From Octopus bimaculoides (lineage: Eukaryota): DNA of 35,426 nt. The notes beneath the pieces were generated by a model, which was not told the DNA's origin, ran no database searches, and worked only from the letters and a program-made list of their open reading frames with translations. The position numbers and the translations under genes are program-made. Below are positions 1-9,994 of this stretch, one piece after another. The first letter of the stretch is position 1; each line of letters opens with the position of its first letter. Where the stretch lies: positions 22,730,386-22,765,811 of the forward strand of contig NC_068981.1 in the NCBI RefSeq assembly GCF_001194135.2, in the 5' to 3' direction.

Positions 1-319
1 ATATATATCATTATTTAAACTGACTCTACATTAACAACAACAACAACATAATTATAACACAAATAGAGACTATTTTATTGCTAACCTCTGCAAGAGATAG
101 TTTTCAACACCTGCAGCGTATCTTGTATATAGGTTAAACATCAAACCGCCCAAATTACTGACTTATAAAGATTTCCAGATCATTTTACTGATGTGGAGAT
201 ATCAAACTATAAGCTCCATTTCATTTGCTGCCGATTCATGATCTTTGAATTAATGGAAACCAAATTGAACTGTTTATGCCAGTGATAGGCTTACATATCT
301 TCAGCAATTTCTCCCAGAA

Positions 320-895
320 AATCTGTGTGTCTGTATGTATATCTGTTTGTTTGTTGATGTGCATTTCATTTTGTAGGCATATCTATGGATGTTTTTTATG
401 CATTTTATGTATGCTTAGATTTATGCAAATGTATGTGTGTGCATGTTTGTTTGTTTGTCGGTATGTGTATTCATTTTGTATACATTTGTGTGGATGTCTT
501 AATGCATTTTATGTAGGCATAGATTTATGTAACTCTGTGTGTGTGTGCATTTTGTTGATGGGTATGAAATTTTATACACTTCTTTGTGTTTAATATAATG
601 TATTTATGTTGTATTTGTGAGTGTATATGTTTCTTTGCTGCTGTGTAATTTTATATACATATTTTTTAGTGTACATATTTATCTGTGTATAAACTTGTAT
701 GCATGTTTGTACATAAGATGTCTATTTTTGGGTACAAGTACAAATGTTTTTACTTGTACAATGTATAGCTTTATAGAAATGCATGATTGTGTATAGGCCT
801 TTGGATGTGTAAGCATCGAGTTCATATATATGTGTGCATCTTTGTTTTTATTAATGAATGTGTGAGAGAGTAAATTTGGATGTATAAATGCATGC
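320..895. repeat. Degenerate (TG)/(TATG)-rich low-complexity tract
   Basis: Continuous tgtatg/tgtgtg/tttgt-type motifs. It produces the spurious Cys/Val/Tyr/Met-rich ORFs 276..593 and 679..897. Confidence 0.75.
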
Positions 896-1232
896 AATTA
901 TTTTCTGTAAATGAAAGCGAGAGCAATGCCCTTAATGTTGCACAGTATCTATAAATATTTTGGTAGCTTGTGTTTTTAAGTTCAAATAACAATCACATCA
1001 ACTTTCTTCTTTATCATTTCATTGTCCATTTAGTAAATAAATACCAGTTACAGGCAATGTCCGTGTATGTTTCATGCAACCCTTGGATTGCGGAGTCATC
1101 TGTGGTTCAAACACCCAAGAAAATGAACTAGATTGCAAGCTTGGAAACACGAGATGCAGCCAACTACTACACACACATATATATATATATATACACACAC
1201 ATATATATATATATACACACACACACAATCGG

Positions 1233-1281
1233 TACTAAAGTGATGGAGGGTGCTTGTAAGCACTAGCATCGTACTTTAGTA
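1233..1281. other. 49-nt imperfect inverted repeat (hairpin)
   Basis: Paired segments tactaaagt/actttagta, gatg/catc and gtgctt/aagcac, read directly. Confidence 0.7.
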
Positions 1282-1396
1282 ATGACTGTACTTGTTGCCT
1301 AGCAGTTCTAAATTGTGAATAGCCACCTTAATAATTTATATATATATATATGTATATATATATAAATGTGGTATATATATATATAAGGGAATTCAT

Positions 1397-1610
1397 GTGT
1401 GTATGTTTGTGTGTCTGTGTTTGTCCCCGCAACATCACCTGACAACCAATGCTGGTGTGTTTAATGTTCCCCGTAACTTAGTGGCTCGGCAAAAAGTGAT
1501 TGATAGAATAAGTACTAGGCTTACAAAGAATAAGTCCCGGGGTCAATTTGCTCGACTAAAGGTGGTGCTCCAGCATGGCCACAGTCAAATGATTGAAACA
1601 AGTAAAAGCA
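1397..1610 (+). mobile_element. SINE family B, 3' half only
   Basis: Matches the 3' half of the copies at 11329 and 21513 (gatagaataagtactaggcttacaaagaataagtcc...ccagcatggccacagtcaaatga.tgaaacaagtaaaag). It starts at a (TA)/(TG) tract and has no head upstream. Confidence 0.9.
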
Positions 1611-1615
1611 AGTAA

Positions 1616-1644
1616 TATATACATATATACACACATATATATAT

Positions 1645-1685
<41 letters not shown>
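1616..1685. repeat. Compound (TA)n/(CA)n microsatellite
   Basis: Direct reading. Confidence 0.95.
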
Positions 1686-1686
<1 letters not shown>

Positions 1687-1741
1687 CTTACATTAATTTT
1701 TCCATACCGACTTTTTCTTTAACCATTTAGAGAGAGAAGGG

Positions 1742-2653
1742 NNNNNNNNNNNNNNNNNNNNNNNNNNNNNNNNNNNNNNNNNNNNNNNNNNNNNNNNNNN
1801 NNNNNNNNNNNNNNNNNNNNNNNNNNNNNNNNNNNNNNNNNNNNNNNNNNNNNNNNNNNNNNNNNNNNNNNNNNNNNNNNNNNNNNNNNNNNNNNNNNNN
1901 NNNNNNNNNNNNNNNNNNNNNNNNNNNNNNNNNNNNNNNNNNNNNNNNNNNNNNNNNNNNNNNNNNNNNNNNNNNNNNNNNNNNNNNNNNNNNNNNNNNN
2001 NNNNNNNNNNNNNNNNNNNNNNNNNNNNNNNNNNNNNNNNNNNNNNNNNNNNNNNNNNNNNNNNNNNNNNNNNNNNNNNNNNNNNNNNNNNNNNNNNNNN
2101 NNNNNNNNNNNNNNNNNNNNNNNNNNNNNNNNNNNNNNNNNNNNNNNNNNNNNNNNNNNNNNNNNNNNNNNNNNNNNNNNNNNNNNNNNNNNNNNNNNNN
2201 NNNNNNNNNNNNNNNNNNNNNNNNNNNNNNNNNNNNNNNNNNNNNNNNNNNNNNNNNNNNNNNNNNNNNNNNNNNNNNNNNNNNNNNNNNNNNNNNNNNN
2301 NNNNNNNNNNNNNNNNNNNNNNNNNNNNNNNNNNNNNNNNNNNNNNNNNNNNNNNNNNNNNNNNNNNNNNNNNNNNNNNNNNNNNNNNNNNNNNNNNNNN
2401 NNNNNNNNNNNNNNNNNNNNNNNNNNNNNNNNNNNNNNNNNNNNNNNNNNNNNNNNNNNNNNNNNNNNNNNNNNNNNNNNNNNNNNNNNNNNNNNNNNNN
2501 NNNNNNNNNNNNNNNNNNNNNNNNNNNNNNNNNNNNNNNNNNNNNNNNNNNNNNNNNNNNNNNNNNNNNNNNNNNNNNNNNNNNNNNNNNNNNNNNNNNN
2601 NNNNNNNNNNNNNNNNNNNNNNNNNNNNNNNNNNNNNNNNNNNNNNNNNNNNN
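1742..2653. other. Assembly gap (N)
   Basis: Run of N with (AT)n on the right flank. Confidence 1.
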
Positions 2654-2674
2654 ATATATATATATATATATATA

Positions 2675-2838
2675 CAACGGGCTTCTTTCAGTTTCCGTCT
2701 ACCAAATCCACTCACAAGGCTTTGGTCGGCCCGAGGCTATGGTAGAAGAGACTTGCCCAAGGTGCCACACAGTGGGAATGAACCCGGAACCATGTGGTTG
2801 GTAAGCAAGCTACATACCACACAGCCACTCCTGCACCT
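2675..2838 (-). mobile_element. SINE family B, tRNA-like 5' half
   Basis: Reverse complement reads aggtgcaggagtggctgtgtggtatg...ccacatggttccgggttcattcccactgtgtggcaccttgggcaag...gaaagaagcccg, with A-box-like and B-box-like (GGTTCA) motifs. The 3' half probably lies in the gap. Confidence 0.9.
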
Positions 2839-3051
2839 ATTACTTTGTGTGCATATGTGTGTATATGTATATATGAATTAAGTACTTTCTTGTGTGCTTG
2901 TATGTATATGCATATACAATCCTGTTTATATGCATATATATATGTTCATAAGTGCACCAATGTGCAAAAAGTAAATATGTGCAAATGTGCTTATATGCAC
3001 AATTTTTTAAAAAGTGCATATATTCATGAAAAGTGTGCATGTATGTGCGTA

Positions 3052-3242
3052 TACCGCCGGACTGGCCCTCATGCCGGTGGCATGTATAAAGCACCCACTA
3101 CACTCTTGGAGTGGTTGGCATTAGGAAGGGCATCCAGAATGGAGTCTGGTGTAACCTTCTGGTTCGCCAGTCCCTAGTCAAATCGTCCAACCCATGCTAG
3201 CATGGAAAGCGGACGTTAAATGATGATGATGATGATGATGAT
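3052..3242 (+). mobile_element. Retroposon family A, short 5'-truncated copy with (GAT)n tail
   Basis: aagcacccactacactc...aggaagggcatccag...caacccatgctagcatggaaagcggacgttaaa(tga)n, shared with five other copies. It lacks the ctgtagaaactctgccagatcag segment. Confidence 0.92.
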
Positions 3243-3279
3243 ATATATATATATAATACATTAAATGTCAGTTTGAATC

Positions 3280-3600
3280 TTGCTTGCTTGCAATGTTACC
3301 CAGCCAAACTGGCGCATAATGGGAAAATGCTATGAATCAAGTTTACCCTGAAATGTTAATATGAATGGAATGAGACAAGTTTCGCAAAAATCGGAGCTGT
3401 AGTTATCGAGATATTTGGAGTTTCGTGGCATAAATACCCAAAACAGTGCATAATGAGAAAATATTCTGAATATAACTTCATCCTGAAAGGAAAGGAGCTC
3501 TAACCTCTCAATTAGACAATGAAAAAATACGATTTGTTTTTTTTCCAGTAAATGTTTCTGTTTTTGCTTTTGTTAAATATAATATTTTAATCATTTAGAG
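3280..3600. mobile_element. Probable non-autonomous DNA-transposon-derived repeat (unclassified)
   Basis: CpG-retaining stretch with caagtttcgcaaaaatcggagctgtagttatcgagatat, a motif type typical of DNA/Helitron-type non-autonomous elements. Internal direct repeat gcataatg(g/a)gaaaat at 3314 and 3448. Termini not identified. Confidence 0.45.
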
Positions 3601-3724
3601 ATACTTTTAAGTGAATGTGATTTCAAAAATGGTATCTGTTTGTACAGTAAATATCTATATTTTAGCTTTCTTTAAACAGACAATATTTTTATGTTTTTGT
3701 AAATTATTTTCAAGTGAATACCAT

Positions 3725-4168
3725 NNNNNNNNNNNNNNNNNNNNNNNNNNNNNNNNNNNNNNNNNNNNNNNNNNNNNNNNNNNNNNNNNNNNNNNNNNNN
3801 NNNNNNNNNNNNNNNNNNNNNNNNNNNNNNNNNNNNNNNNNNNNNNNNNNNNNNNNNNNNNNNNNNNNNNNNNNNNNNNNNNNNNNNNNNNNNNNNNNNN
3901 NNNNNNNNNNNNNNNNNNNNNNNNNNNNNNNNNNNNNNNNNNNNNNNNNNNNNNNNNNNNNNNNNNNNNNNNNNNNNNNNNNNNNNNNNNNNNNNNNNNN
4001 NNNNNNNNNNNNNNNNNNNNNNNNNNNNNNNNNNNNNNNNNNNNNNNNNNNNNNNNNNNNNNNNNNNNNNNNNNNNNNNNNNNNNNNNNNNNNNNNNNNN
4101 NNNNNNNNNNNNNNNNNNNNNNNNNNNNNNNNNNNNNNNNNNNNNNNNNNNNNNNNNNNNNNNNNNNN
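3725..4168. other. Assembly gap (N)
   Basis: Run of N followed by (TA)n at 4169-4211. Confidence 1.
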
Positions 4169-4213
<45 letters not shown>

Positions 4214-4420
4214 GAATCAAAGAGCTTGAAAAGTGCATGTGTATGCACATGAATGTGTCAACAGTCCCAGTTTATTAGATATTCATTAATTCTTCAGTTC
4301 ATCAGAACACATCTCATCATCTGGAGGAACTCTACCCATCATCATCTGTTAAGTGTTGGCCCTTGTTTTGAGGATTTGCAGTATTCTCAATGTTAGGTCT
4401 GTGAGGTTGCTTTTTAGGCA

Positions 4421-4520
4421 CCTTAAGTGAAATTTGTCTCAGACTGTAAAGAGCTGGAACAAATATTTCAAGGCATCCAGTCCCACATCCCTATTGTTCC
4501 GTCAATCCACTGGCACCTCT
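4421..4520 (-). mobile_element. Degenerate D-like SINE head remnant
   Basis: Reverse complement gatgccttgaaatatttgttccagctctttacagtctgagacaaatttcac resembles D copies (aatgcttagcggtattt..gtctttacgttctgagttcaaattcc). Confidence 0.45.
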
Positions 4521-4614
4521 GAAATTATGAAAGGTAATATTAACTTTGGTAGGATTTGATCTAAGAATGCATAAAGTAAATATTTGAATATCAGTTAGCT
4601 GCTTTATACAAATA

Positions 4615-5050
4615 TCAGTTCCTCTTGTGCTCTTCAGTACAGTGGGCAGCACATTGGCATCACTAGCTTCTGTTGGCTGCTTTTTTCTCTACATACACCC
4701 ATGTAATATCAACCTTTCATATGTTAGTTATGGATATTCTATCTCCTGTAGTTTTCAGTCTACTTCTCTTTCTTTTTCCTTCTGGTTGTGTCCATTTAAA
4801 AGCTACTTCAGAATGGCATTGTCCTGGTAACTGAAGTATATGACCCGCTTGTTTCAATCTTTGTTTCATGAGGATTTCACTAAGAGGTCTTGTGTTGGTT
4901 CTCTGTAGAATGTAGAACGTCTTCATTAGTCACGTAGTCTTTCCAGTATGTTCTCAGGATCCTTCTCAAACATCTTTGATGAAAAACATTTTGCTTTCTT
5001 TCTGTTACCATGGTGCTCTCCCATGTTTCACAAACATAGAAAACTTCGTT
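4615..5050 (-). mobile_element. RTE-clade LINE, decayed 3' ORF2 fragment
   Basis: Minus-strand translation with frameshifts: CETWESTMVTERKQNVFHQRCLRRILRTYWKDYVTNEDVL / QRTNTRPLSEILMKQRLKQAGHIL..KWTQPEGKRKRSRLKTT. This is the typical post-RT C-terminus of RTE ORF2 (YGCETW, RCLRRIL, W.GH, GKR.RGRPK). Confidence 0.85.
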
Positions 5051-5080
5051 TTTCTATGTGCTTATAGAGCCAGACCTTTG

Positions 5081-5154
5081 TATATACACATACATATATG
5101 CACACACAAACACGCGTGTATGTATATATATATATATACATATGCACACATGCA

Positions 5155-5195
<41 letters not shown>

Positions 5196-5210
5196 GTGTG
5201 TGTGTGTGTT
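5081..5210. repeat. Compound (TA)/(CA)/(TG) microsatellite
   Basis: Direct reading. Confidence 0.95.
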
Positions 5211-5665
5211 TATTAATGTTCATTTCCTAGTTACAACTTTTGTTATTACTTCCAGTAATGCCAAATTCTTTAATTCTGGAATAAATTAGATATGTGGGTG
5301 GGGATAGAGCAGAGTGGCACAGAGCATAACTATTTTGTTTGGATATTTGGTAATTTGGCATTCCTTACTGAATAATAAATACAAAAAAAACCATAGCTGA
5401 CGTCTGCAAAGATATGAGGAGAAAATACAAGTAAAAGAAACAAAGTTAATCTAGATTAGATGACGATTCAGGTTCTAGAATGAAGAATATGGTAAACATT
5501 TAGCAAAATTAAACAAAGATGACAAAACTATTCCATGTGTTTTGTTTCTTATTTTGGTTTGATGGCAAATTAAATGACTTTCTTTGTCTTTTTAATTTCC
5601 TTTAACACATGTAAACAACAAAAAATAGTATCAATCCAGCCTTGAGATTTTAGTATGTGATATTA

Positions 5666-5708
<43 letters not shown>

Positions 5709-5711
5709 ATA

Positions 5712-5966
5712 CAGGGTGCAATGGGTAAATTGTTGCCATTTTATATTTTTAATTTCACGCATGTGCATTGTTTGGTTTTGATTTTGTCGAATACACAGTA
5801 TAGTAGGATCAGTTGGGCACCATCTGTGACAAAAAAAAAAAAATAAATAAAAAAAACTATGATGCAATTCACTCAAGCAGAAATTTGGAAACAACAAGCT
5901 GTATTGCTTGGTATTCATGCTGGAAGTTCCAATCTGAACATTTCAGAGTGTTTGGGTGCCATTTAG
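5712..5966 (+). mobile_element. Tc1/mariner-type transposon left end with truncated transposase start
   Basis: Begins TA|CAGGGTG at the end of a (TA)n run. ORF 5859..5966 MMQFTQAEIWKQQAVLLGIHAGSSNLNISECLGAI* resembles the N-terminal HTH start of mariner-like (possibly DD37D/maT) transposases. No right TIR seen. Confidence 0.6.
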
Positions 5967-6182
5967 TTTCATAGGGTTTAAATAGTAATTACAAACCAAA
6001 GAATATGTTGGATTCATTATAACTAAATATATCCTCCCCCAATGTGTGTGGCCTTATGCCTACATTAGAAGTCAAATTTGTCAAGTAAATGTTTTTTGGC
6101 TTGTCAGCAATGGGACAACAAAGTATGTTATTGTGTGTGTATTACTTCTGAAGTTTGCTCAATATGGAATGACACTCTTTAT

Positions 6183-6365
6183 ATGGTAGTCATTATCATA
6201 CAATGGTAGTCATTATCATACAAGCAGTGTCATTTATTTTCAGTCTTCCATGAAACTTTTTCTGGTCATATGTAAATATTCCCTTGCTTGAAAACAACGG
6301 TTGGCAACAGGAAGGGCATCCAGTCATTGAAAATCTACCTCAGCAAATTCAGTCTTACTCAAGCA
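6183..6365 (+). mobile_element. Older repeat family E (shares aggaagggcatcc 3' core with A)
   Basis: catacaagcagtgtcatt..ttccagt..ttgcttgaaaaca..ggttggcaacaggaagggcatccag..gaaaatctacctcagcaaatt, homologous to 18640 and 20329. Begins with a perfect 20-bp tandem duplication (6183-6222). Confidence 0.65.
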
Positions 6366-6806
6366 CACTCTTAGTATCTTAATTCTCTTTTCCTTATCTT
6401 CATTTAAATCAAAACCAGTAGTTATTTTAATTTTATCAACTGTTGTGATTGGTTGACTAGCAAAATTAGTTTTAGACCATAAAATCCAGCAGCTAAACAC
6501 TCTACAATGTATTTAGTCATCTCTTAATCTACTGCCTTTACCATTTCTTATATCATTTGTCTTTAAAATTACTATCTTATCCCCTTTTCCTTTTTTATGC
6601 TTTCTCCACCTACCTTTTTATGCTTTTGTTTTCATGCCCCCACCATCTTTAGTTGAAAGCAAGGGGTGAGAAATGATAGAGATAATTATCTAATGATGTA
6701 CAAATTTGTGAGAAAAGAGAAACCGAAAGGTGTGAAGGTAAGAGTGCTAGTGGGAGAGATGGAGAGAATAGATATTAGAGAGGAGTGAAAGAGAAGAGAA
6801 AGAGAT

Positions 6807-6809
<3 letters not shown>

Positions 6810-6842
<33 letters not shown>
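6810..6842. repeat. (GA)n microsatellite
   Basis: Direct reading. Confidence 0.97.
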
Positions 6843-6845
<3 letters not shown>

Positions 6846-6918
6846 GAAAATAGCTGGTTAGAAGACTGATAGACGTGGGAAAGGGTAGGGATGTTGCCTG
6901 TACACATACATGCACAGT

Positions 6919-7000
6919 AGAGACCAATAGAATAAGTGCTAGGCTTACAAAGAATAAGTCCTTGGGTCGATTTCTTTGACTAAAAGTGGTGTTCCAGCAT
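6919..7000 (+). mobile_element. SINE family B 3' fragment
   Basis: agagaccaatagaataagtgctaggcttacaaagaataagtcc...ccagcat, cut where family A begins. Confidence 0.85.
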
Positions 7001-7303
7001 TGCCGAGCGAGGTCGTTGCCAGTGCCGCTGGACTGGCTCTTGTGCAGGTGGCACGTAAAATACACCATTTTGAGCGTGGCCGTTGTCAGTACCGCCTGAC
7101 TGGCCTTCGTGCCGGTGGCACATAAAAGCACCCACTACACTCTTGGAGTGGTTGGCGTTAGGAAGGGCATCCAGCTGTAGAAACTCTGCCAGATCAGATT
7201 GGAACCTGGTGCAGCCATCCAGTTCACCAGTCCTCAGTCAAATCATCCAACCCATGCTAGCATGGAAAGCGGACGTTAAACGATGACGATGATGCTGATG
7301 ATG

Positions 7304-7305
<2 letters not shown>
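7001..7305 (+). mobile_element. Retroposon family A with about two internal 65-bp units and (GAT)n tail
   Basis: High identity to the copies at 12180-12367, 15615, 27031 and 28374. Confidence 0.93.
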
Positions 7306-7348
<43 letters not shown>

Positions 7349-7374
7349 CTTACACTAACATAGATATGCTTTCA

Positions 7375-7407
<33 letters not shown>

Positions 7408-7748
7408 TTCACACCAAATGTTACACACACACACTCCAATACATCACATCAGGACACTATTATATATAGCCTTATGCAAGCTTACTACAGTTAATGGTTT
7501 AATTGAAATTACAACCCAAATGAGAAAAAGTCATTAGCATTAATGAAAATTTGTACTCAGTAGGGGCAAAGGAGATAACTCCTCAAAATTTCAAACAAAC
7601 AAAAATTCAACTCTAATGGAAATGTGCAAGAGATGATTATATCAACAAAGGAGAGTGATGTTTGATCTTTGGCAGCTATGGTGACAACTCTAGACAGGTT
7701 TCAGTCTTACCAGACTTTTTCAGCAAATTAAATAAATAAAATAAATGA

Positions 7749-8114
7749 AACCAGAGCACTCAGGGAATTCAAACCTCCGCCAAGGCAACACCAATGTCCT
7801 CTCAACAATTAATCTAAGATGATTTTTAAAATGAGAAAATCTTAAATAAACTCGACTGCTCTCACAAACAACAATACTAAAAATGAACCTGACTGCTCTC
7901 AAAAATGAAGTAAAAAGACTGGAATAATAATCCAGAATCCTTGTCTGGTACTGGATTGATCCCAAAATCTAATTAGTTCGTGCCAGTCACGAGGCTAAAC
8001 ATCCTTGAAATCTTCGTCTGAATCCATCCAGTGGTTCTTGAGATATTTTGTCCATGGACAAACAAACATGACTGAAAACAATACATCTGCCTTCTCTAAG
8101 GCGGGGGGGGGGTA
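7749..8114 (+). mobile_element. Helentron/Helitron-associated non-autonomous element (HINE-like)
   Basis: 5' subterminal acctccgccaagg. The 3' end aacaatacatctgccttctctaaggcggggggggg can fold and resembles the 5' motif. A short (aaac)n sits near the 3' end. A second, inverted partial copy lies at 33591-33717. Confidence 0.65.
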
Positions 8115-8289
8115 TTAATAGTATTTTGTGTGAAGAGCAAATGATTACAAAGATTAAAATGACATTTCAAAATTTCCCAAGTTTACTTTCTGCAGGAGAA
8201 GTATATAGCTAAGTGCAGGTTATACATGAATCACACACAGGTTAGGTTTTTCACAAGCTTACAGGCTGTTCAGGGTGGAGCTTATCTCA

Positions 8290-8488
8290 GTTTGCATACA
8301 TTGATCCAGTCCACTCAGCTGGCAATAATGAGCAGTACCTGTATTCCAAATTACTCTTTCTGGGGCTTGAATGACATTATGGGTATGCATGTCTGTGGAG
8401 TACTCAGCCATTTGCATATTAATTTCACAAGCAGGCTGTTCCATTGATCGGATCAACTGGAACCTTGTCATAACCAACATAGTGTCAG
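8290..8488 (+). mobile_element. SINE family F body/3' part
   Basis: tccagtccactcagctgg core, shared with the C copy at 31335, followed by ctgtggagtactcagccatttgca...gatcggatcaactgg. Homologous to the inverted remnant at 15388. Confidence 0.6.
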
Positions 8489-8508
8489 TTGGTGGTTGAC
8501 ATGGGTGA

Positions 8509-8592
8509 GGCTGTTCTAGGGGACACATTGCATACTCTCTCTCCTCCTGGGGCGGGGCTGTTCTAGGGGACACATTGCATCCTCTCTCTCCT
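8509..8592. repeat. 37-bp direct repeat x2 (47-bp period, 1 mismatch)
   Basis: ggctgttctaggggacacattgcat(a/c)ctctctctcct at 8509-8545 and 8556-8592. Confidence 0.95.
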
Positions 8593-8619
8593 GAACAGGA
8601 TGCCTGTCAATCACATTGT

Positions 8620-8762
8620 TAATGTCTGGTTATTGTTCGTATTCATTTTCAGTCGAGTGGATATGAAATGAAGCATTTTGGATAAAGTCTCGGTGTACTG
8701 CCTGGGCTGAGAATTGAAACCACAACAGTCATGAGTCTAATGCCCTAGTCACTGGGCCCACA
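8620..8762 (-). mobile_element. C/F-type SINE head, degenerate
   Basis: Reverse complement has cccagtgactagggcattagactcatg...gtggtttcaattctcagccc (A/B-box-like) then cttcatttca...ccactcgactg, paralleling the head at 31228. Confidence 0.55.
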
Positions 8763-8850
8763 CACCATACATACAACACGTATCCCTTTCCTTTCACACC
8801 CTCCTTTCTCTCTCACCAACATCAAAGTTAAAGAGACTAAAAGCAGCAGC

Positions 8851-8868
8851 AACAATACCTCCACCTCC

Positions 8869-8900
<32 letters not shown>
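8851..8900. repeat. Compound triplet tract (CAG/CAC/CAA)
   Basis: Direct reading. Confidence 0.9.
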
Positions 8901-9225
8901 ACTAGTGACTAGAATCGTTGTCAAAGAGGAGGGAAGTTTCATGTGAAACTTGTTACCATATAAAGATCTGTCTCGCAATTCAGTGCTATACATGAAAGTG
9001 TTGGACATAATGAAACTAAATATGATAGCTTAATGAGGTTTCTATAGGAACACAATGACATCTTTTAATTTCTTTCTTTATTTGGCTTCACCAGACTAGA
9101 AAATATCAGAATAATAGTTCTATTCCACTTGGATTCTATTTACTCCTCTTGATTCTATCAACTGTCCATGTTGATAGGGTTATATAATGCATTTATTCAT
9201 TGTTATTACTATTATTATTTTTATT

Positions 9226-9430
9226 GAGCTGGCAGAATTGTTAGCACACCGGGTGAAATGTTTAGTGGTATTTCATCTGTCTTTACGTTCCGAGTTCAAA
9301 TTCCACTGGGGTTGACTTTGCCTTTCATCCTTTCAGGGTCGATAAATTAAGTACCAGTGAAACACTGGGGTCAATGAAATCGACTGTCCTCTTCCACCAA
9401 ATTTCAGACCTTGTGCCTATAGTAGAAAGG

Positions 9431-9486
<56 letters not shown>
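9226..9486 (+). mobile_element. SINE family D copy 1 with (ATT)n tail (9431-9486)
   Basis: gagctggcagaattgttagc...gagttcaaattcc (B-box)...gactttgcctttcatcc...aagtaccag...gcctatagtagaaagg(att)n. Confidence 0.92.
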
Positions 9487-9489
<3 letters not shown>

Positions 9490-9728
9490 AGGAGGTGTGC
9501 TGGCAGAATTGTTAGCACATTGGGTAAAATGCTTAGCGGTATCTCATCTGTCTTCGTGTTCTGAGTTCAAATGCTGTCAGAGTCGACTTTGCCTTTCATC
9601 CTTTCGGAGTCGAGAAATTAAGTACCAGTTACACACTGGGGTCGATGTAATTGATTCATCCCCTCCCCCAAAATTTCAAGCCTTGCGCCTATAGTAGAAA
9701 GGATTATTAACATTGTTATTATTATTAT
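9487..9728 (+). mobile_element. SINE family D copy 2
   Basis: Same architecture. The head begins directly in the tail of copy 1. Confidence 0.92.
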
Positions 9729-9960
9729 ATAAGGAGGTGAGTCTGTGAGAATCGTTAGCACGCTAGGTGAAATGCTTAGCGGTATTTTGTCTGTCTTCAT
9801 GTTCTGGGTTCAAATTCTGCAGAAGTTCACTTTGTCTTTCATCCTTTTGGGATCAATAAATTGATACAGTGAAACACTGGAGTTGGTGTAATCGACTTGT
9901 CCTCCCTCCCTAACAAAAAATTTTCAGGCCTTGTACTTTTAGTAGAAACGATTATTATTG

Positions 9961-9990
<30 letters not shown>
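9729..9990 (+). mobile_element. SINE family D copy 3
   Basis: Same architecture with an (ATT/GTT)n tail. Confidence 0.9.

Positions 9991-9994
<4 letters not shown>

Noticed and set aside
1040-1170. Plus frame containing MQPLDCGVI, reminiscent of the pogo DDE QPLD motif
   Set aside because: Only a 4-residue resemblance. The surrounding residues and TIRs do not support it.
295-5403. Possible minus-strand micro-exons at 295-322, 5250-5275 and 5369-5403
   Set aside because: AG/GT pairs of this quality are common in AT-rich DNA. They cannot be phased into a gene or supported without RNA-seq.
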